From positions 43,524,001 to 43,588,000 of the forward strand of contig OX597826.1 in the NCBI GenBank assembly GCA_951406725.2: a DNA stretch of 64,000 nt, given 5' to 3'. Below, one piece after another: positions 56,178 through 64,000 of the stretch (position 1 is the stretch's first letter; each line of letters opens with the position of its first letter). Both the position numbers and the translations under genes were made by a program. The DNA is from Octopus vulgaris. Taxonomy: Eukaryota. The notes under the pieces were generated by a model that had not been told where the DNA came from, did not search any database, and saw only the letters and a program-made list of their open reading frames with translations.

Positions 56178-56697
56178 CTTTTCTACTATAGGCACAAAGC
56201 CTGAAATTTTGGGGAAGGGGAGAAGCCGATTACATCGACCCCAGTATTTCGCTGGTACTTAATTTCTCGACCCCGAAAGGATAAAAGGCAAAGCTGATCT
56301 AAGCGGAATTTGAACCCAGAACGTAACGATAGGCGAAATACCTATTTCTTTATTATATCAACCCCAGTGCGTAACTGGTACTTATTTAATCGACTCCGAA
56401 AGGATGAAAGGCAAAGTCGACCTTGGTGGAATTTGAACTCAGAACGTAGCGGCAGACGAAATACTTATTTCTTTACTACCCACAAGGGGCTAAACAGAGA
56501 AAGGACAAACAAGGACAGACAAACGGATTAAGTCGATTATATCGACCCCAGTGCGTAACTGATACTTATTTAATCGACCCCGAAAGGATGAAAGGCAAAG
56601 TCGACCTCGGCGGAATTTGAACTCAGAATGTAACGGCAGACGAAATACCACTGAGCATTTCGCCCGGCGTGCTAACGATTCTGCTAGCTCGCCCCCT
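56178..56697 (-). mobile_element. Tandemly duplicated Nin-domain-like SINE
   Basis: Three iterations of ccccagt...ctggtactt...cgacccc gaaaggatgaaaggcaaag...ggaatttgaac. Confidence 0.88.
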
Positions 56698-57079
56698 TAG
56701 ATAGAATACATAATGAGAGTATAGATTACCAGTTCTCCAAGTGATGGTAAATATTTGGCTGGCTACAGCAGCCGACTCCCACTTTGTCTCTCCTATTGCA
56801 ATTTCATTACATTTTTGCTGATGGTTTAGCGACCATTTAATTTGATTTCAATCCTAATTTATAAAGGAAATGAAAAGACTGACAAGTTTAAAAGTAGAAA
56901 GAAAACGCATCAAATTAGACGGCCATGTTAATAGTGTTATTGAGTAGTTTAGTGAGAATGTCAGAAATAGGATTTCCATTCGATTGATACACACATAAAT
57001 TCAATATCTTGCAGATCAACCAACCGACTTGTGTAATTCTTCTTTATAACCTTGAGCAGACTAGAGAGAGAGGGGGGGG

Positions 57080-57111
<32 letters not shown>

Positions 57112-57820
57112 TGGGAATGAGAAAGAAAGTGCAATTGCTATTATTAGTGAGAATATGTCGATCGTTTTCAGAAAATGCATATTCTGTAATAGTACCAACG
57201 ACACAATGCTGGTAGCAATGATACGGATTTTCATGTAGGATGCTAAGATAGTTATGGTGGTGATGGTGGTATGGTGGTAATGATAATGTAGATGTTGTTC
57301 TTGATGATGAGAGGCGATGGTAGTGGTGATGGTAGTAGTGATGATGATGATGATGAAAATAGTAATGATGATGATGATGATGATGATGAAAATGGTGATG
57401 GTAGTGGTTTTGGCGATGATGATGTAGAAGATGACGGCGATGGCGATGATGATGATGATGATGATGATGATGGTTATTTATAAGTGCATAGAGTTGAAGT
57501 TATTTTTGTTTTCTAAATATAAACGATTTTCTTATCATTAACATAATAATAATAGGAATTTCATTGGTTTTAGAACGATGTAGAAAAAGAAACAAAAAAC
57601 AGCAAACAAAATCAAACAAAACAATAAGAAACCACACCAATAAAAAAAAAGCAACAGCATGTAAGAGTGCAACATTTAAGCACAAACATACAGAATACAT
57701 AATTAAACACGTGAATGCATGTAATATAAGTGCAAGGAAGCATGGTACGTGGGTGTGAAATTAAAATGCTGGATTGCGAATTCGAATTTCAGTCAGGTGC
57801 CATGCGGAATATCTTACATT

Positions 57821-58440
57821 AAGGCGGCGATATGGCAGAATCGTTAGCACGCCGGACAACATGCTTAGCGGCATCTCGTTCGTCTATATGTTCTGAGTTC
57901 AAATTCCACCGAGGTCGACTTTGCTTTTCATCATTTCGTGGTCGATAAAATAAGTACCAGTTGATCAAGAGGAGTCGATGTTATCGACTTGGTCTTACAC
58001 CAGAATTGCTGGCCTTGTGCCAAAATTTAAAATAGATGTAAGCATAAGATTAGGTGGTGAACTGGCCGAATGGTTGACACGTTGGGCAAAACGCTTAGTG
58101 GTATTTCGCCCATTTTACGTTCTGCATTCAAATTCCACCGAGGTCGACGTAGTCTTTAATCCTTTTGAGGTCGATAAAATAAATACCTGTCGGGTACTGG
58201 GGTCGATGTAATTGTCTTAACTCCGCCCCTAAATCGTTGGCCTTGAGCCAAAATCCAGTATAAGCGTTAGGCCTAAAATATAATCGAACCCAGTACTTGG
58301 CTGGTTCTTTATTTTTTAGATGCCAGACAAAATAAAAGGCAAAACTGGCATCGGTGAGATTTCAACTCAGAACTTAAACGGACGCAACTAAACACTGCTA
58401 GCCATTTTGTCCTCCGCTTTACTGATACTGTCATCACCAA
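57821..58440 (+). mobile_element. Cluster of Nin-domain-like SINEs (two plus, one minus)
   Basis: aggcggcga...tggcagaatcgttagcacgccgg heads near 57821 and 58050; inverted remnant 58280-58440. Confidence 0.75.
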
Positions 58441-58868
58441 GTTTATATACTCTATCTGCAGATTACATTGAAATACACGGTAGATAATAGACTAGATAAT
58501 TGGCAGTAATAGACTGGAGCTATCCGACACATTCCTGTACAGCTCCCGCCCATTGTTGTTTATGGATTCCTGCATTTTAAAAATCGATTTGAATAAAGTC
58601 TTTAAGAGAGTAACTGTGCTTCATATATATATATATATATACACATACATAATTACATACATATACACATACCATACATACATACATATGCACATACCAT
58701 ACATACATACATACATACATACATATCTATCTATCGATATATATATATATATATAACGGGAAGCTTTATGAAAATAGACAAAGACGAAGGCAGGTGGAAA
58801 ACAAACGAACAATTGTATTAGTATATATATACACATACATACATACATACATATACACATACCATACA

Positions 58869-58899
<31 letters not shown>

Positions 58900-58914
58900 C
58901 TATCTATCTATCTA

Positions 58915-58958
<44 letters not shown>

Positions 58959-59022
58959 CATACATACATACATATACACATACCATACATACATACATAT
59001 ATGTACCTATCTATCTATCGAT

Positions 59023-59087
<65 letters not shown>

Positions 59088-59550
59088 ATATATATTGGTT
59101 ACATTCATGGACAAATTCTTCGATGTATTGTACAGTCAAAACAATTCTATATCTTGCATTTTCTTCATGGAATCAATAGGGTAGCTGAATTTGTATGAAA
59201 GCTTCGTGTCCGTCGACGCGGAATGTATCTGAGATGGTAATTACGAAAGTTTCAGGTTTTAAGGGAATACAAGCTGACCATGATCACCACCAGCTCTATT
59301 ATGTATTCCTGTACATGCTTACATACTTGCATATGCAGACATTTAAACGTAGACATATGACAAAAAAAGCAGGTTTTCCAACACTCTCATATACATGCAG
59401 GCGACAGAAATATATTAAACCTCTACTCATCTGGAAATATCTGATGGCGGATATTATTTTCTAACAAATTAGGTTATGGGATTTATGCATATCTATATTT
59501 TCATAATAATAAATCTCAGAGCGAGTTATAAACAGTAGCTACATTACATC

Positions 59551-59781
59551 GTGACGTATATTTGCCATTTAAATATGGTTAACCCCTAAGGGTGGATGCT
59601 ACTGTAGTTTGTAGCCCCAGGAGGACACCTCCTCCAGCTGGCAATAGACATACTTTCTATACTGATAGGGCACAGAAAGTGTGTCTATAGCCAGCTGGAG
59701 GAGGTGTCCTCCTGGGGCTACAAACTACAGTAGTATTCACCCTTAAGGGTTAGCCATATTTAAATGGCAAATATACGTCAC
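59551..59781. repeat. 231-bp foldback palindrome from the 20436 retrozyme-like family
   Basis: 108-bp arms (59551-59658, 59674-59781), few mismatches, 15-nt loop. Confidence 0.95.
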
Positions 59782-59913
59782 TATATTTTTATAACTATAC
59801 TTTTAATTCTACACCAGATTTAGATTTCTTTAAAACGCTATTACTTTACATTATATTCGTAATTAAACCGTCTTTTCATATACTCTGCTGAGCAGGAATA
59901 ACTTTACTTTCTG

Positions 59914-60030
<117 letters not shown>

Positions 60031-60891
60031 TATACATATTGAATAATATATACAGCAAAAGGAGCTAGTAACCAATATCTTCTGAAGAAATTCGTAACCA
60101 CAATCATTTATGGTTTGAAAGTAATATTTTCGTGAGGCAATGGTACGTATCCCATTGGGGAAAAACTCAATCAAAAGCTAAAAATTATGTGCTATACATT
60201 TCATTCTAATTTCTTGTACGATATTGGAATTTATAATCCACATCAATATCCTGAAAAGATGAGTGCTGTGGAGATCACTTGACATATAACCAACATGACT
60301 TCCTATATATAGTGTGTCATATGCAACGCAACTCATCTTTCTTGCACGATTTGCCACAATCGCTTGCCGAACACCGACTATTAGCTATTCATTGAAACTT
60401 GTAATGCATTTAATAAGTTTATGCATACAGACAGCAACTGACATCGAGGAATGGGGAAAATGTCAAATAACTGGTTTGTCTTCAAAAACAAACTGATCCT
60501 ACGATCATGAGTAAATGATACATGTTTCATTTTTTTTTTTTATTCGGTTGCTCAGGATCAACTAAGCGGTTAATAGCAGTGGAATTACTCTCTACATGAA
60601 GACTATGGAGAGACCGTTGGATTGAGGTATTAAAAAAACTTGAAGATTAGTTTCGATGCGTATTCACAATCATTCATGAACAGTCGTCAAAACCAGTTGA
60701 CATATAAAGCTGATGGTGATTCCTGAATAACTTGTATCTTCTCGTCATTCGTATTGCTTCCTCTTGCACCTCAGACGCGAAACTAACCATTAAGTCTAGT
60801 CATTTCCTCCCCCCACCGAACGACAACCTTCCGAAAATCATTTACACGTATACATTGAAGATACCGAATTCAGAATGTTTGCTACTCTTCC

Positions 60892-60932
60892 TTACTGATG
60901 AGGTCAAATCAGGCCGCAACATTGTTGTCTGA
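60892..60932 (+). ncRNA. Type I hammerhead-like motif with one core mutation (A13C)
   Basis: tta-CTGATGA-GGTC(aaatca)GGCC-GcAA-CA(ttgt)TG-TC-tga; lies downstream of sequence resembling a degraded GIY-YIG. Confidence 0.6.
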
Positions 60933-61266
60933 CTATTCACTAACGTCCTTCCGAGCAAACTCTGTATTTTTAACTAAGTCTTTTATAAAAAGTTTCTCTG
61001 AAACAGTATATTATAATTAGCGTCGGTCTATGCTTGTATGGACATTATAAATGTTACACACATCATTATTTTAATCTTATGTTGTTTCAAGGGCGTGTAT
61101 AGATACATAACACATAAATAGGTACATATATATATATACATACTTACACCCACCCCACCCCACACATATGAACGTACATAGATATGTATGTATAAGATTA
61201 TGTATATATACATATATATATATGTGTGTGTGTACATACATTCTAATACTTATACACATACGCGCG

Positions 61267-61327
<61 letters not shown>

Positions 61328-61338
61328 TATAGATACAT

Positions 61339-61676
61339 AGGCGCATGGCTCAGTGGTTAGAGCGTCGAGCTTACGATCGTGAGGTTGTGAGCTCGAATCC
61401 CGGACCGGGCTGCGTGTTATGTTCTTGAGCAAGGCACTTCATTTCACGTTGCTCCAGTTCACTCAGCTGTAGAAATGAGTTGCGACGTCACTGGTGCCAA
61501 GCTGTATCGACCTTTGTCTTTCCCTTGGATAACACTAGTGGCGTGGAGTGGGGAGACTGATATGCATGGGCGACTGCTGGTCTTCCATAAACAACCTTGC
61601 CCGGACTTGTGTCTAGGAGGGTAACTTTCTAGGTGCAATCCCATGGTCATTCATGACCGAAGGGGGTCTTTACCCT
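61339..61676 (+). mobile_element. tRNA-derived SINE (second OR-like family) with TSD
   Basis: B-box-like gctcgaatccc; flanking repeat ttatagatacata. Confidence 0.9.
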
Positions 61677-62811
61677 TTATAGATACATACGTACATACAT
61701 ACATACATACACATACACATATAATAATCTCTGAGCGAGGTATAAACAGTAGCTGCACACGACATCGTGAAGTATATGTGCTACTTAAATGTGGCAAATA
61801 TACTTCACGATATATATATATATATATACAGTGTGTGTATGTATGTGTATGTGTGTGTGTGTGTTCAGTCACTGCTTGAGAGGCGGTGCTGGTTTATTTT
61901 AGCCCTCGAAGCATAGTGGTTCGGCAAAATGATATCGACAGAATAACTCCCATGCTTAAAAAAATAAATAAGTGCTAATATCTATTTGTTTGAATAACTC
62001 CTTCAAGGTGACGCTCCAGTAGAGCCGCAGTCCAGTGAATGGAGCAAAAAAGAAAAAAGAAAAGGAAAGGAAGATAAAAGAAGAACTCGCATGAACGAAA
62101 AACGTGGGAAATTGTAGTATTTCACTTTTACATAAGAGATCTAAAAAGTATAGCAGATTTCAATGGCCTTTAAGGACAAACACGCGCACACATACAAACA
62201 GAGGCATACACACACAGATACCCTCATATCTTAGCAACCTATGCAAGCGTATGATATAATATGTTTGCATATGGCTTTATAATAAATTTATATTTTAACC
62301 GGAAAATAAATACCAGGTCATACAAGATTAGTTTTGAAACTTAATTTTTACATGCGTTGCTAATAACATCCTACTATTAATTAATGGCGAACTATTATAA
62401 AATCATATTTTAAAAATATAAATTATATTTATAATTCCAGTTCTACTTATACTCGATATGGGCAATTTAGAATTTTCGTTTTTTGTTTCACCAACCTTTC
62501 TTTTTCATTTGAGAATTCTTTTCGCACGTGGTCTTTTTTTTTTATTTAAAAAAGCGAAAAACAAGAATAGAAAAAAAAAGAAAAGAAAGGAAAAGAAACG
62601 AACACAAAATATATACAAAGAAAAAAAAAAACAAAGGAAAACACAGATTGATTGAATGTGGTGGGTGAATAAATATATGGACGGCAAGGTTCTCAGGCGC
62701 TGGGATGGTTGTGTAGTTAGGAAGCTCGCTTTGCAAGAATAGGGTCTTGTGTTTAGTCCCATAGTGTAGCACCTCTCTGCTACGCGGAAATCCGTCGTAT
62801 CTCTCTTTCTT

Positions 62812-62910
<99 letters not shown>

Positions 62911-62935
62911 GAGTAACAAAGAGGTAACAAAGAGT

Positions 62936-62989
<54 letters not shown>

Positions 62990-63020
62990 ATTGAGTAACA
63001 AAGAGGTACAGGTGTTAGTC

Positions 63021-63077
63021 CATTACGGCCGTTTCCAACGACTTCTTTAAATGAGATGAATTCCTGATCTTCAAATA
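63021..63077 (-). ncRNA. Degenerate hammerhead motif in a pLTR-like fragment
   Basis: Minus strand tat-tTGAAGA...GAAACGGCCGTA-atg with palindromic ACGGCCGT. Confidence 0.45.
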
Positions 63078-63259
63078 TAAAAGACAGTTCGACTTATTCA
63101 ACATAGTTAACAAATTCACGGAGTAAAAATATTTACATTGATCCTGCTACAATTCAGTTGGTAGAATGAACTTATAAGAATAATGTATATTTGGTCAGAA
63201 CAAAGAAGAATTTAGGGGTTCTTAAAGTTTATTGTAGGGGAGGGGATAATTGACGCGTA

Positions 63260-63470
63260 AGGCGATGGGCTGACAGACTCGTTAGCACGCTGGACAAAAT
63301 GCTTTAGCGGTATTTTGCCCATCTCTGCGTTCGAATTCCGTCGAAGTCGACTTTACTTTTCATCCTTTCGGGGTCAATAAAATAAGTACTAGTTGAACAG
63401 TAGGATCGATGAATTAGAGTCATATTCTCTCAAAATTGCTGTCCTTGTGACAAAATTTGAAACCATTATT
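63260..63470 (+). mobile_element. Nin-domain-like SINE
   Basis: ttcatcctttcggggtcaataaaataagtac core. Confidence 0.75.
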
Positions 63471-64000
63471 TCATCTTGTATTTTATTCTATAACTCATAA
63501 ACATTTGTTAAACCTTTTTTCACTTTTAATTTTATTTATATTTAATTTTGGTATACTTTTTGAAAATTTAGTATAGTTATAATGTTATAGCATTAACCTA
63601 AATTTAGAAATTAGATATATAGGTGACGAATACATTATATTTAAAATTATTAGAAGAAAGTTAAGAAAAAAATTATTAAAAAAAATATATAAGGGTGTGT
63701 ATTAGATATAAAAATTTAGAATTTTGGTTCATAAGCTACTAAGGAATATAATGTATTTAAAATATAAGGATATAAAGATAAAATATACGATGTGGTATAT
63801 AAAATATAAACTGTGTTCTTAATTATCCATGTAGGACGAATAAAGAGGGACAAAACAAAGACAGACAAGGGGTCGGAGACGAATGATGAAGCATGAAGAT
63901 AAACATAGTTAAAATTAATGATAAATGTATATGAAAATCGAATGGAGTGAGGGACGTGGCCGACCCCACAAACCACATTCGGAAAACTGAATACCTTTTA

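Noticed and set aside
56230-56640. Regularly spaced repeats resembling a CRISPR array
   Set aside because: Tandem SINE subunits in eukaryotic DNA; spacers are homologous and there are no cas genes
57292-57483. Asp/Gly-rich ORF suggestive of an acidic biomineralisation protein
   Set aside because: Degenerate (GAT)n/(GGT)n tract with no signal peptide or splice support
62905-63010. Repeated aattgagtaacaaagagg units between (TA)n
   Set aside because: Slippage duplication at a microsatellite/element boundary

Overview
AT-rich eukaryotic DNA full of microsatellites, with no convincing host protein-coding exon. The tRNA-derived SINEs resemble the OK/OR-type and Nin-domain SINEs of octopods, so the source is most likely an Octopus (coleoid cephalopod) intron or intergenic region; this rests on recognition, not a database search. 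Most of the window is decayed transposons: Penelope-like elements (PLEs), R4/Dong-type RLE LINEs in (TAA)n, RTE and Tx1/L1 fragments, two mariners, a mariner MITE, an IR/DR Tc1, two non-autonomous Helitrons and many SINEs, plus a few repeat-free islands that may be regulatory. The least expected signal is RNA-level: about ten minimal type I hammerhead-ribozyme (HHR) motifs from several unrelated PLE/retrozyme families, most with a family-specific palindromic stem III. They include a 349-bp retrozyme-like unit with a canonical core (20436-20840), a Penelope whose 3' end carries a tRNA-like Pol III cassette, (TAA)n and an HHR (3519-3782), and repeated 5' snap-back hairpins. Nearly all ORFs in the supplied track are microsatellite artefacts.
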